Positions 53,639 through 64,000 are shown, counted from the first letter of the stretch. The stretch: DNA of 64,000 bases from an uncultured delta proteobacterium (GCA_963817385.1 CAWFOM010000008.1:1-64000); one strand, 5' to 3'. The notes: a model not told the origin generated them from the sequence alone. A program made the numbers and translations.

Positions 53639-53716
53639 TGGGGTGAGTGAAGGGACTTGAACCCTCAGCCTCCGGGGCCACAACCCGGCACTCTAACCAT
53701 TTGAGCTACACCCACC
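53639..53716 (-). tRNA. tRNA-His(GTG)
   Basis: G-1 GTGGGTGTAGCTCA...CCGGG TTGTGGC CCCGG...CCCCA. Confidence 0.96.
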
Positions 53717-53725
53717 ATCCATGCC

Positions 53726-53802
<77 letters not shown>

Positions 53803-53849
53803 TTATCCTCGTGACGCGCTGTGTTCAGTTTCTCTGTAAAAGAAGGCGG

Positions 53850-53878
53850 TTTATATCCCCTTTGCCTTTGTTTGTCAA
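53850..53878 (-). promoter_or_regulatory. sigma70 promoter of the tRNA operon
   Basis: TTGACA-17-TATAAA followed by the GC-rich discriminator CCGCC. Confidence 0.75.
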
Positions 53879-53910
53879 GTTCTGAATGCATGACGTATTT
53901 CAACGGCCGA

Positions 53911-55614
53911 TTAGCGGACAAAACCCGAGATTCCATCAAAACGGTACCCTTTTTTCCCCATCCCCTCCCCGGCCTGATTCGTCGTGTAGAAATGGCATCC
54001 CGTAGCGGGATTGTGCCAGCGATACAAATCCCTTGTCCCTGTCAGGCGGGAAGTAGCGATATTGCCGATTGACCCTTCGAAGAGATATCCCTGGAGAGGC
54101 TTCCCTCCTCCGGCAGGATCCGAGGAGTAGAAGTGATCCCCTTTGACCGGGTTAAACCAGCGGAAAAAATCGGTTGTTCCGGGCGTCCCGGGGCTGAAAA
54201 GCCTGAAGGCTATCCCGAGGCTGCGATATCCTTTCACCTGCAGGCGGGACAACTCCGCCTGGGGATTCGTCGTATAAAGGTAGTCGGATCCGACAACATA
54301 GCGGTAGACGTCGAGGAGATGGGACTGCGTCTCCGCCGCCACTTGTAAGAACACCTCCACACCGGCATCGCCGCCGTTCGAGGTGAAGAAGACATACTCG
54401 CCGTAAAGGCCGGGCATAAGCTGGTTTGTATTGAGTGAGATATTGACATAATCGGTCTCCCGGGTAGTCATGCCGCTGTCCGGAGAGACGCTTATCCAGC
54501 CTCGGGGCCCTTTCAAGACCGGTTTCCCGAAGATCCGAACCCCCTCCAGGACCACCCGCCCTCCCTCGCTGAGAACGGTAAGGAGATGGGGCATATCCGG
54601 CTGGTCTTCGGCAATGAGAATCTCCGCCCGCTCCCGACGCTCCGCAAAACCTTCGATGAGGGTCACGAACTGTTCATCGAGGAAGACACTGAGAGGCGCG
54701 CCCTCGGGAGCCTTCCGGATCAAGAGGCTTACCCCCGTTCCCGTGAAACGGTATCGAAGGGCGCTCAGATCTGCCTGAGTGGCCGGATAGCCCCCCTCTT
54801 CTGCCCATGGTCCGGAGAGCTCCAGTCCCTCCCGGATCAGTGTCGCTTCGGGATAACTGCCAGTGCCTCGGGCACCTTCATTCAAAAAGGAGACATACTT
54901 GCCCAGAGGTTTCAATGCCGTTACCGGCATCCCTTTCGCCCCGGGCAGACCGGCCCGCCACTTCAGGGTCTCCTTCCCCCTGTTTGTCACATGGACCCGC
55001 CGTGAGATCTGTTCACCAGGATGGACCACCCCTAAATCCATCCGGATTGGATCTACATCCAGCAGAGCCGCGGACGCCAACTCGGAGAGGCGGACCTGGA
55101 AGAAGATCGTCCTTACCCCCGACGGGAAGGAAAACCGGACTGATTCCCGAAATACACCGACAGCCGTCTCCCGACGGAAGGCGGCGTATTGGCCGCCTCC
55201 TTCGAGACGAAGCAGCAATGAACAGTTCTGTATCTTTCCCGGACCTCGTTCATTCAGAAAAGTGAGGCTGACCTTTACTGGCTCCGGATTCTCACCAACC
55301 GTTCCGGTGAGTTTCCTCTGTTCCGTCTGTGTCCACCCCTCCGGCCCCTCTGTGGACCAGTTCACGCTCCCCGCACCCACATTTCTGAGATAAAAGACCC
55401 CTCTCGCCTCTTCACCCGGACCAATCGAGCCGAGGTCTATCTCCCGGGGTGTAACCGTCAATACCGGTTGAAGGACTCCGTTGCCCCGCCCCTGATAAAT
55501 TCCCGCACCACCTTGCCCGTTCGTCTCTGCCCGGAGGGCGGTTACGCCGAAAAGGCAGTGCAACAAAATTGCCATAAATACCGTTTTTATCAGAAATCGT
55601 CTCACCATAAGCAC
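53911..55614 (-). CDS. Secreted multidomain protein (Ig/BACON-like modules plus C-terminal HFYT-type repeats)
   Basis: Signal peptide; repeated DLG...pGe...V.N.G...L.W modules; C-terminal DYLYTTN/DHFYSSD/CHFYTTN repeats with GY..eG. Confidence 0.7.
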   Translation of the reverse strand: MLMVRRFLIKTVFMAILLHCLFGVTALRAETNGQGGAGIYQGRGNGVLQPVLTVTPREIDLGSIGPGEEARGVFYLRNVGAGSVNWSTEGPEGWTQTEQRKLTGTVGENPEPVKVSLTFLNERGPGKIQNCSLLLRLEGGGQYAAFRRETAVGVFRESVRFSFPSGVRTIFFQVRLSELASAALLDVDPIRMDLGVVHPGEQISRRVHVTNRGKETLKWRAGLPGAKGMPVTALKPLGKYVSFLNEGARGTGSYPEATLIREGLELSGPWAEEGGYPATQADLSALRYRFTGTGVSLLIRKAPEGAPLSVFLDEQFVTLIEGFAERRERAEILIAEDQPDMPHLLTVLSEGGRVVLEGVRIFGKPVLKGPRGWISVSPDSGMTTRETDYVNISLNTNQLMPGLYGEYVFFTSNGGDAGVEVFLQVAAETQSHLLDVYRYVVGSDYLYTTNPQAELSRLQVKGYRSLGIAFRLFSPGTPGTTDFFRWFNPVKGDHFYSSDPAGGGKPLQGYLFEGSIGNIATSRLTGTRDLYRWHNPATGCHFYTTNQAGEGMGKKGYRFDGISGFVR

Positions 55615-55786
55615 TCCGATTGCTCCATGAGCGGGTTTCTAACTCAAAGCCGCAAAGAACGCAACGGTTTTCCACGGTGAAAAGACTTGACACCCCTCGG
55701 ATATCCGATATATCGTGCCACCTCTTTTTAATGATATTCATGCAAAATTAGTTATAGTATCACACGAGTAAAGGACCCGGACACAA

Positions 55787-56971
55787 ATGACGGATGAAGA
55801 AGCGCTGAAATACTGGATTGCCCTCAAGGCCGTTGAAGACGTGGGCTGTGTTGGTTTCAAAGCCCTCCTCACGGCTTTTCCGTCACCACGGGCAGTTTTT
55901 TCCGCGACTGCACGGACTCTCCAGGCCGTCCCGGGGATCGGCCCGAAAACGGCCGATCACATCTGTTCCTTCTCGGACTGGGCAATGGCGGAAAAGGAGG
56001 TCTCTCAAGCTGCCAAACTCCGTGTCGCCATCGTAACCTGTGAGGATCCTCGGTATCCGCAAAATCTTCTCAACATCTACGACTATCCTCCCTTTCTCTA
56101 CGTCAAAGGATCCCTCTCTCCGGCGGAAGTCAGCATCGCGATCGTCGGATCGCGGATCGCCTCCACTTACGGCCGTTACGTCACTGAGAAGCTCAGTCGC
56201 GAGCTCGCCCTCACGGGGATCACCGTGATCAGCGGTCTCGCCCGGGGCATCGACGCCGCAGCCCACCGAGGGGCGCTTGCCGGTAAGGGGCGGACCATAG
56301 CGGTCCTCGGATGCGGACTCGACGTCGTCTATCCGCCCGAAAACCGGGAACTCGCCGAAGCGGTCGCGGCCAGCGGCGCCCTGGTCACCGAATTCCCGTT
56401 TCAAACTCCCCCCAATGCCCCCAACTTCCCCTCGCGAAACCGGATCATCAGCGGGATTTCACTCGGGGTAGTCGTCGTCGAAGCCGGGGAAAAGAGCGGG
56501 TCGCTGATCACCGCGCGGATCGCCGCCGAACAGGGACGCTCCGTCTTCGCAGTCCCGGGTGCCATCGAGGCAGCCGGATCGCGGGGAACCAACCGCCTGA
56601 TCAAACAGGGAGCAAAGCTGATCGAAAACGTCGAGGACATCCTCGAGGAGATCCTTCCCCAGGCCGGCCTGGCCCCGGCAATGCCCTCGACGCCGACGCC
56701 CCCCCCATCCACGGGGACGAGGCATACCCGGCAGGATAATGCCAAGAACAGCGCCGCTCCATCGTCCCCGGATCACCCCGGAGGGCTCACCGGTGCGGGG
56801 GGCGCCCTGCTTCCGCTGATCACGCAAAAGCCGGTCGCCGTCGACGAACTGATCGCCGCATCCGGCCTGACCGCGCAGGAGGTGCTGAACGGCTTGCTCG
56901 TCCTTGAACTCCAAGGTCTCATCCGGCAGTTGCCGGGTAAAATGTTCCAGTTGAAGGAGTCAGAAACTTGA
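55787..56971 (+). CDS. dprA: DNA-processing protein DprA
   Basis: AIVGSR, ISGLARGIDAAAH, FPSRNRIISG and EAGEKSGSLITA. Confidence 0.97.
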   Translation: MTDEEALKYWIALKAVEDVGCVGFKALLTAFPSPRAVFSATARTLQAVPGIGPKTADHICSFSDWAMAEKEVSQAAKLRVAIVTCEDPRYPQNLLNIYDYPPFLYVKGSLSPAEVSIAIVGSRIASTYGRYVTEKLSRELALTGITVISGLARGIDAAAHRGALAGKGRTIAVLGCGLDVVYPPENRELAEAVAASGALVTEFPFQTPPNAPNFPSRNRIISGISLGVVVVEAGEKSGSLITARIAAEQGRSVFAVPGAIEAAGSRGTNRLIKQGAKLIENVEDILEEILPQAGLAPAMPSTPTPPPSTGTRHTRQDNAKNSAAPSSPDHPGGLTGAGGALLPLITQKPVAVDELIAASGLTAQEVLNGLLVLELQGLIRQLPGKMFQLKESET

Positions 56972-59292
56972 ATTCACTAATTATCGTTGAATCACCCACC
57001 AAGGTAAAGACCATCCGCAAATACTTGGGCGATGAGTATGATGTCCGCGCCTCCGTCGGTCATGTCAAGGACCTTCCGAAAAACAATCTGGGAATCGACA
57101 CCGAAAAAGGTTTCGAACCCACCTATCAGGTCATGGAGAGCAAGAAAAAGGTGATCGCCGAGCTCAAGAAGGCGGCCGCCAAGGCGCAGCAGATCCTTCT
57201 CGCCCCCGACCCGGACCGGGAGGGGGAGGCCATCGCCTGGCACATCGCCGAGGAGATCGGCGGCAAGGGAAGAACGATCCGGAGGGTCCTCTTCAATGAC
57301 CTCACCCGGGAGACCATACTCGACGCGATCGCGCATCCCCGCGATCTCGACTTCAACCGGTACGAGGCACAGCAGACCCGGCGGATCCTCGACCGGCTCG
57401 TCGGCTACCAGATCAGCCCCATCCTCTGGGAAAAGGTGAAACGGGGACTTTCCGCCGGTCGGGTCCAGTCCGTCGCCCTCCGGATTATCTGCGACCGGGA
57501 GGCGGAGATCCGCGCATTCCTCCCCGAGGAATACTGGAACCTTACCGCCCTGCTCGAAGGATCGAATCCGCCCCCTCTCGAAGCAAAACTGGCTAAGATC
57601 GATGGGAAGAAAGCGAAAATCGGCAACGGCGAGCGCTCCGCCGAGGTCGTGGCCTCGCTAAAGGATGCCCCGTTCATCGTCTCCGCGGTCGATAAGAAAG
57701 AGGTCAAGCGCCAGCCGCCCGCCCCTTTCACGACAAGCAAACTTCAGCAGGAGGCCTCCCGCTGGCTCCGTTTTTCGGCAAAAAAAACCATGTCGACCGC
57801 TCAACGGCTTTATGAAGGGATAGAACTCGGTCCCGAGGGTCCTGTCGGCCTCATCACCTATATGAGGACCGACTCCGTCCGTATCGCCGCCGAGGCGATT
57901 AACGAGGCTCGGGAGTACATCGGGAATAACTATGATCCGGCGTTCCTCCCCCCCAAAGCGAGGATCTTCAAAGTCTCCGGGGGGGCTCAGGACGCACACG
58001 AGGCGATACGGCCGTCATCACTGGCCCATCCGCCTCAGACGATCAAGCAATTTCTTACTCCCGACCAGTTCCGTCTCTACCAGCTCATCTGGAACCGGTT
58101 CCTGGCCTGTCAGATGAACCCCGCCCTCCTGGATCAGACCACCGTTGAGATCGCCGCCGCCAACTGTCTCTTCCGCGCCCAGGGATCGGTCATGAAGTTT
58201 CCCGGATTCACCGTAGTCTACACGGAGGGCAAGGAGGACAACGGCGAGGAGAACGGCTTCGGCAAACTCCTGCCCGATGTCCGGCAAGGGGAGGTCCTGA
58301 AACTGATCTCGCTCACGCCGGAACAGAAGTTCACCCAGCCGCCGCCCCGCTTCACCGAGGCTTCGCTTGTCCGCGAGCTGGAGGAGAACGGCATCGGCCG
58401 CCCCAGCACCTACGCCGCGATCAGCAGCACTATCCAGGAGCGGGAATACGTCCAGTTGGAAAAGGGAAAGTTCATCCCCACCGACCTCGGCATCCTGGTG
58501 ACCGACCTCCTCGTCAAGAACTTTCCCCGCATCCTCGACGTGGCCTTCACCGCGTCCATGGAGACGGAGCTGGACCGGATTGAGGAAGGCAAGACGAAAC
58601 GACTCGACACCCTGAACAACTTCTACCGCCCCTTTATCGAAGAGCTGAGAAAGGCGAAGGCGAACATGCGCGACATCAAGCGGGAGGAGACCCCGACTGA
58701 CCTCGTCTGCGACAAGTGCGAAAAACCGATGGTCATCAAATGGGGGAAGAACGGCCGCTTCCTGGCCTGCACGAACTATCCTGCCTGTAAGAACACCAAG
58801 AACTTCCGACAGGATGAAAAAGGAGAGATCCAGCCGGAGGAGAAGACAACGGACATCCCGTGCCCCCTCTGCGGCAAGCCGATGCTCGCCCGACAGGGAC
58901 GTTTCGGTAAATTCCTCGGCTGTTCCGGTTATCCCGAGTGCAAGCATACGATAAACCTTGCCCCGGATGGGACGCCGGTAGTCTCCCCCGCAGAGGGGAA
59001 AGCACCCGACATCGTCTGTGACAAGTGCGGAAAGCAGATGGTCTTGAAACGAGGCCGTTTCGGCGCTTTTCTCGGCTGCTCCGGTTATCCCGAGTGCAAG
59101 AACATCGTCAAGGCCGGACCGTCGGGTCAACCGCTCGGAGCCGCTACGCCATCGGAGATCTCCGATGTCCTCTGCGACAAGTGCGGAAAGCCGACCGCCG
59201 TGAAGCAGGGCCGCTATGGAAAATTTCTCGGCTGCACGGGCTACCCGGAATGCAAGAACATCATGAAGTACCGGACCCCGGAAACGAAATGA
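56968..59292 (+). CDS. topA: DNA topoisomerase I
   Basis: [35 protein letters not shown] and four C4 zinc ribbons. Confidence 0.98.
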   Translation: MNSLIIVESPTKVKTIRKYLGDEYDVRASVGHVKDLPKNNLGIDTEKGFEPTYQVMESKKKVIAELKKAAAKAQQILLAPDPDREGEAIAWHIAEEIGGKGRTIRRVLFNDLTRETILDAIAHPRDLDFNRYEAQQTRRILDRLVGYQISPILWEKVKRGLSAGRVQSVALRIICDREAEIRAFLPEEYWNLTALLEGSNPPPLEAKLAKIDGKKAKIGNGERSAEVVASLKDAPFIVSAVDKKEVKRQPPAPFTTSKLQQEASRWLRFSAKKTMSTAQRLYEGIELGPEGPVGLITYMRTDSVRIAAEAINEAREYIGNNYDPAFLPPKARIFKVSGGAQDAHEAIRPSSLAHPPQTIKQFLTPDQFRLYQLIWNRFLACQMNPALLDQTTVEIAAANCLFRAQGSVMKFPGFTVVYTEGKEDNGEENGFGKLLPDVRQGEVLKLISLTPEQKFTQPPPRFTEASLVRELEENGIGRPSTYAAISSTIQEREYVQLEKGKFIPTDLGILVTDLLVKNFPRILDVAFTASMETELDRIEEGKTKRLDTLNNFYRPFIEELRKAKANMRDIKREETPTDLVCDKCEKPMVIKWGKNGRFLACTNYPACKNTKNFRQDEKGEIQPEEKTTDIPCPLCGKPMLARQGRFGKFLGCSGYPECKHTINLAPDGTPVVSPAEGKAPDIVCDKCGKQMVLKRGRFGAFLGCSGYPECKNIVKAGPSGQPLGAATPSEISDVLCDKCGKPTAVKQGRYGKFLGCTGYPECKNIMKYRTPETK

Positions 59293-60665
59293 CGGGTCCG
59301 TCCCCCGACTTGAGCTTCTTCTCGACTGAACCCATTACCGTTATCGGCGGAGGGCTTGCTGGCTGCGAAGCTGCGTGGCAACTCCTCAGGCGAGGCCACC
59401 GGGTCCGGCTCTGCGAGATGAAACCCGAGCGCTTTTCTCCCGCTCATAAATCTCCTCACCTCGCCGAGCTCGTCTGCAGCAACTCGCTTAGGTCGTCCGC
59501 CCGGGAAAACGCCGTCGGCCTCCTGAAAGAGGAGATGCGGCAACTGGACTCGCTGATCATGGCCGCAGCGGACAGGACGGCCGTACCGGCCGGTAAGGCG
59601 CTTGCCGTCGATCGCCATGCCTTCTCGCGCCTCATCGAGGAGCGGCTCGCCGCCCAGCCCGGGCTGGAGATGATCCGCGGGGAGGTCACTAACATTCCAG
59701 CGTCCGGGGTGGTGATCATTGCCACCGGCCCCCTCACCTCCGACGCCCTCGCAGGCAGGATCGCCGCTTTGACCGGCGGCGATTATCTCTATTTCTATGA
59801 TGCAATCTCCCCGATCATCGAGGGCGAATCTATCGATCGGACCCGCGTCTTTGCGGCTTCCCGTTACGACCACGGGGAGGCGGATTACCTGAACTGTCCG
59901 ATGGACCGTGAAACCTATGAGCGATTCTGGATGGCGGTAAGCGAAGCCGAAGAGGTCCCCCTGCACACTTTCGAGGAGATCAGGTGCTTTGAAGGATGTC
60001 TCCCCATCGAGGTGATCGCCCGGCGAGGGATCGAGACACTCACCTACGGACCGATGAAGCCGGTGGGCCTCATCGATCCCCAGACGGGCCGCCAGCCGTA
60101 CGCCGTCGTGCAGCTCCGCCGCGAGGATAAGGAGGGCATCCTTTACAATATCGTGGGATTTCAGACGAAACTGACCCGGCCGGAGCAGAGGCGCATCTTC
60201 CGGATGATCCCGGGACTGGAAAACGCCGAGTTCTCTCGGTACGGGAGCGTCCACCGGAACACCTTCATCAACGCCCCGGCTCTGTTGGTCTCCACCCTCC
60301 AGCTGAGGTCGGATCCCCGGCTTTTTTTCGCCGGACAGATCGCCGGTGTGGAGGGGTATGTGGAATCGGCGGCGATGGGGCTCTTGACCGGGATCAACGC
60401 CTCCCGCCTCGTCACCGGCCGGGAGATCATCCCGCCACCACCGGAGACGGCTATAGGTGCACTGATCGGCCACATCGGGAACGCCGACAGCAAGACCTTC
60501 CAGCCGATGAACGTGACCTTCGGCCTCTTTCCTCCGCTGCAGAGTCGGATCTCCAAAAAACTACGGGGCGAGCACTATGCGCGTCGCGCCCTCGCCGCGC
60601 TCGCGTCATGGCAAATGCACATCGCTGAAAATAGCAGAGATGACGGCAGTTACCAACAGGAATGA
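59289..60665 (+). CDS. trmFO: Methylenetetrahydrofolate--tRNA-(uracil-5-)-methyltransferase
   Basis: [29 protein letters not shown] and [10 protein letters not shown]. Confidence 0.97.
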   Translation: MTGPSPDLSFFSTEPITVIGGGLAGCEAAWQLLRRGHRVRLCEMKPERFSPAHKSPHLAELVCSNSLRSSARENAVGLLKEEMRQLDSLIMAAADRTAVPAGKALAVDRHAFSRLIEERLAAQPGLEMIRGEVTNIPASGVVIIATGPLTSDALAGRIAALTGGDYLYFYDAISPIIEGESIDRTRVFAASRYDHGEADYLNCPMDRETYERFWMAVSEAEEVPLHTFEEIRCFEGCLPIEVIARRGIETLTYGPMKPVGLIDPQTGRQPYAVVQLRREDKEGILYNIVGFQTKLTRPEQRRIFRMIPGLENAEFSRYGSVHRNTFINAPALLVSTLQLRSDPRLFFAGQIAGVEGYVESAAMGLLTGINASRLVTGREIIPPPPETAIGALIGHIGNADSKTFQPMNVTFGLFPPLQSRISKKLRGEHYARRALAALASWQMHIAENSRDDGSYQQE

Positions 60666-61069
60666 ACCAGACCAAGCAATCTTGCCTAAATGTCTTTCTT
60701 TCCCCACAATCTGATGTTTAAAATATATTTTCAAAATTATAAATCGAAATCAGCACACTCCACGATCTATGATTATCGGCACTATACCCCACATTTTGCA
60801 GTAAAAAGATATTACCGTTGGAACGATCAGCCTGCAGGATAACAAATAGTGTGAGGATGATTATCATGCAAGATACTGTTAATAGATTTTTTTGTAGCAG
60901 TGCATTCTATTTCCTCCATAAGCTAAAGTTTTTACCTCTTCAATCCGAATATAGGAGTAATAGATGTCAATAGCTATCAAAGGGAGCTAAAACATGTTTT
61001 ATCGAAATTTTGTGGGTTTCTCATGACCAACTTGATCATTTAAACTATATTATGCTTTGAGCGGTATTC

Positions 61070-61097
61070 TGGGTTCGATTCCCATGCACTTCCGCCA
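61070..61097 (+). other. Isolated 3' fragment of tRNA-Sec (att-site-like remnant)
   Basis: TGGGTTCGATTCCCATGCACTTCCGCCA: a T-arm plus the selC-type CTTCCGCCA 3' end; no 5' half upstream. Confidence 0.65.
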
Positions 61098-61215
61098 TTG
61101 TTCTTTCATTATCAGTGAGATGCCTTTCATCAAAGCAAACATATGGTAAGAACTCATTCTCTATTAGGAGAGATGAAATGATGAATTTTCCTTTTTATGG
61201 AATCAGGAGGAACTT

Positions 61216-62145
61216 ATGATGCTCCGTGAGATACAAAACATTCTTATGCAAGTAGATTTTGAGAATGGACAGCTTCATTATCAGCAGTATAATAATATAA
61301 CGAACATTAATAATTTCAAAGTTTTTGTAGATGTATTAAATGCGATTCCAATGTATCAGGATACTATACGTGCACTAAGGCAATCTGAAATCTATAGAAC
61401 TTCATCTAATACTCTTAATATTGAAAATGATAAGGAAAGAAAAGCCATATTTTCTACAGCTGCATATCTGTCAAATTCCGCTTACGAACTATTAAAAGTG
61501 TCAGACTGTCTATTAGACTCCCTAGGAGCTGAAGCAATATCTATTAGAAAGCCTGATGAAAAGGATTTTGGAAGACTTGTTTCAGACATTGGCAACATTT
61601 ATAAAGCGATCTCACAATTAATATTAAACGAAAAGATCAACGGAAAATTTATAATTAATTCATGGGGAACCGGATCTAAATGGATCAATTTAAATTTAGG
61701 TTCATTGCTTGCAGTTACTATTGTAGCACACGTAGTTAGGGCAGGTGTAGTTGTTTATAAAAAAGTCCAAGAAGGGAAGATATTTTGTGAATATGCCAGA
61801 GGTTTATCCTTAATATGCGAAGCACTAGATGATATTGCAAAAAAGCAATCCGAATTATTAAATCAACTTGTAAATGAAGAAGCTAAGAGAATACAAGAGG
61901 AATTTTATAATGACGATAAAGATAATGAGTATCTTGAAAGAATTAAGTATTCTATTAAAATGTTTTCTGAGTTGATAGAACGAGGTACAGAAATTTATCC
62001 AGCGCATGCCACACCAGAAGATGTCAAAAATCTATTCCCTGATTTTGCTAAACTTGAATTCATAACATCAAAGAAAACGCTTATGACAGTAATAAATGTT
62101 AATACTTTAGCGAACCAACAGATAGCACAGAACATCGTTTGGTAA
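61216..62145 (+). CDS. AT-rich hypothetical protein
   Basis: 309-aa ORF with a strong AGGAGG SD; base composition differs from the flanking core genes; no family recognised. Confidence 0.8.
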   Translation: MMLREIQNILMQVDFENGQLHYQQYNNITNINNFKVFVDVLNAIPMYQDTIRALRQSEIYRTSSNTLNIENDKERKAIFSTAAYLSNSAYELLKVSDCLLDSLGAEAISIRKPDEKDFGRLVSDIGNIYKAISQLILNEKINGKFIINSWGTGSKWINLNLGSLLAVTIVAHVVRAGVVVYKKVQEGKIFCEYARGLSLICEALDDIAKKQSELLNQLVNEEAKRIQEEFYNDDKDNEYLERIKYSIKMFSELIERGTEIYPAHATPEDVKNLFPDFAKLEFITSKKTLMTVINVNTLANQQIAQNIVW

Positions 62146-62299
62146 GTGCGGCCGGAGTCGAACCCGAAATATATTTGATATCTTACCATCATTAGCAGGG
62201 TAATCAATTCGAGCACAAGGGCTTGAAAAAGGTTAGCTATAAGTTGGCAGGCAAAAAAAGAGGGGCTAACCAATACTCGTTAACCCCCCCTGATTTAAC

Positions 62300-62376
<77 letters not shown>

Positions 62377-62395
62377 TCATCGCTCACTGCTTAAG

Positions 62396-62424
62396 TTTCT
62401 AATCCAGGTGATGAAAATTGTCAA
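62396..62424 (-). promoter_or_regulatory. Putative sigma70 promoter of tRNA-fMet
   Basis: TTGACA-17-TAGAAA just upstream of the tRNA. Confidence 0.55.
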
Positions 62425-62517
62425 GTTGTATTTCCTATTTTGTGTTTCCTATTTTCTCCCGATCACACCATACACATCAGGAGACCTCTCAAAGCCCGCG
62501 GATCACCAGAGTGTCCA

Positions 62518-62706
62518 TCAAGAACCCAGACCACCTGGGATCTGACCCTCATGGGCACCATGCTCCGGTCGTTTAGCAAGATTGACTAGTGCGCCGAAGG
62601 CGGTGTACTCCTTTTTCCACGGGAAATCAAAAACCCCAACCATCACCTCGCCGGTCGCGATCCCGATGCCGATGGATATCCTTCTGTGCACCTCAGCGAT
62701 GCTCAC
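62518..62706 (-). pseudogene. Fragment of a class III adenylate/guanylate cyclase
   Basis: IGIGIATGEVMVG...EYTAFGALVNLAKR matches the C-terminal cyclase core; the N-terminal half is absent. Confidence 0.7.
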
Positions 62707-62824
62707 GTTGATCCGAGCAATCCCCTCCAGCCGAAAAGAGGCGGGAAATCACGCCGGCCCGGGTAATCCGGCATAGGAAGTGTGATAGAGGCCGCTGAGG
62801 TAGAGATCCGCGGATCAGCGGCTC

Positions 62825-63418
62825 TCAAAAGACGAAGACAGCGACGGCGATGACGGTGGTGTACCCGTGCGACTGAACGATGCTTGACTGCGTGATGTTC
62901 CGGGTGCTGACGATCTTTCCGCTGATCTTGAAGATCTCCTTCTTTTCATCCCAACTCTCGTCGATATCGAAATCGATACCGAGGGTCGAGGCGAGCATGG
63001 CGGCGGCCAGGTCCTCCGCATAATCCCCCGCCTGACGCTGGGTCTGGCCGAAGGAGTGGTGTTCGCTGATGTAGCCGTAGGTCCGCTTGTCGGCGGGCAC
63101 GGCGCACCCTACGGAGGCAGCGAGCAGGCGCCGCGGTTCATTGCTGCAGCAACGGCTGAGAACGCAATAGGTGATCGCGCCGGCATGCAGCTCTTTGAGG
63201 CCCCGAGCCCGGGAAATCACCTGGCAGCCGGGAGGCATGATGCTCGATACCTGGACCAGATTGCATTTTTCGATGCCGGCGGCCCGCAGCGCCAGCTCGA
63301 AGGAATGGAGTTCCTCCTTGTGGATCCCTACGCCCTTGGTGAAAAACATCTTCTTGGGTACATAAACAGACAATGGTTTCTTCTCCTCAACCGGCAGCGG
63401 CCCGGACCGGTCGTTCAT
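62825..63418 (-). CDS. pdaD: Pyruvoyl-dependent arginine decarboxylase
   Basis: SFELALRAAGIEKCNLVQVSSIMPP (Ser-Ser autocleavage site) and YGYISEHH. Confidence 0.93.
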   Translation of the reverse strand: MNDRSGPLPVEEKKPLSVYVPKKMFFTKGVGIHKEELHSFELALRAAGIEKCNLVQVSSIMPPGCQVISRARGLKELHAGAITYCVLSRCCSNEPRRLLAASVGCAVPADKRTYGYISEHHSFGQTQRQAGDYAEDLAAAMLASTLGIDFDIDESWDEKKEIFKISGKIVSTRNITQSSIVQSHGYTTVIAVAVFVF

Positions 63419-63457
63419 TTTTTTTGTCCCGGCAGGTGAAAATATCTTTATGGAAGA

Positions 63458-64000
63458 TCAAGGCGTCGCCGACAAATAGCCCATGATCCGGTAGATCAGC
63501 TTGGACGCCAGAAAATCGGGGGCGACCATCCCCGGGATGGGGGCAAGCTCCACGATATCAAATCCCCGTATCCGGCAGCGGTTCGACACCTCGCGGATCA
63601 GACGGATCACGTCCCTCCATGCGATTCCGCCCGGCTCCGGCGTCCCCGTGGCCGGCATGACGGCAGGATCGAGGACATCGAGATCCACCGTGAGGTAGAG
63701 ATCCCCATGCAGATCGTTTACGATCGTTTCACACCAGGAGCGGTTTTCGAGGATGAAGTCCGCCGAATAATTCTTCACTAGGCTTGCGGTCAGAAATTCC
63801 GCCTCCTCCATGCTCATACTCCGGATTCCCGCCTGGATGAGCGGACAGATCTCGCAGATGCGGCGGGCAACGGCGGCGTGGCTGAACGGGGTTCCCTGGT
63901 ACGTATCCCTCAGATCCGCATGGGCATCGAGTTGCAGGACGGTGATCTTCGGAAACGCCTCCCGCATCGCCTTTACCGCGCCGAACGAGATGCTGTGTTC
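63458..64000 (-). CDS. speB: Agmatinase (5' end outside the window)
   Basis: EHS, DAHADLRD, DLDVLDP, TGTPEPGG and DIVELAP. Confidence 0.93.
   Translation of the reverse strand, partial: EHSISFGAVKAMREAFPKITVLQLDAHADLRDTYQGTPFSHAAVARRICEICPLIQAGIRSMSMEEAEFLTASLVKNYSADFILENRSWCETIVNDLHGDLYLTVDLDVLDPAVMPATGTPEPGGIAWRDVIRLIREVSNRCRIRGFDIVELAPIPGMVAPDFLASKLIYRIMGYLSATP

Overview
Mostly core chromosome of a GC-rich bacterium. Gene order and protein content suggest a deltaproteobacterium (Desulfobacterota, possibly Syntrophales); this is inference. From 3.6 to 30 kb, all on the minus strand, lie tRNA-Pro, rdgB, rph, an amidase, relA/spoT, proS, ispG, an atypical purF, aspC, coaD, rsmD, asd, pssA, psd, tsaB, rseP, dxr, cdsA, uppS, frr, pyrH, tsf, rpsB, argJ, secA and an M23 peptidase. 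These are followed by an EF-G paralogue and mog. An accessory metabolic block comes next: Kce/DUF849, a 3-hydroxyacyl-CoA dehydrogenase-like protein, an acyl-CoA ligase, an Ldh_2 dehydrogenase and a TAXI-TRAP transporter. After it are Mut7-C, lpxH, DUF554, an HD-GYP protein, a transglutaminase plus ABC operon, kdsD, a DUF6599/DUF362 pair, a 4-tRNA cluster and dprA-topA-trmFO. The window ends with an AT-rich islet carrying a tRNA-Sec 3' fragment, initiator tRNA, and pdaD-speB. Bases 1-1737 are an error-rich reverse-complement copy of 1747-3554, folding back inside an IS630 transposase, and are most likely a long-read artefact. That IS630 interrupts a probable caspase-family gene next to tRNA-Pro. 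Many essential genes carry single-base frameshifts that look like sequencing errors. No CRISPR array or rRNA was seen. The best candidates for uncharacterised systems are the Kce-HAD-ligase/Ldh-TRAP catabolic block, the transglutaminase-ABC operon, the disrupted caspase-like island gene and the selC-fragment islet. None is proven from sequence alone.
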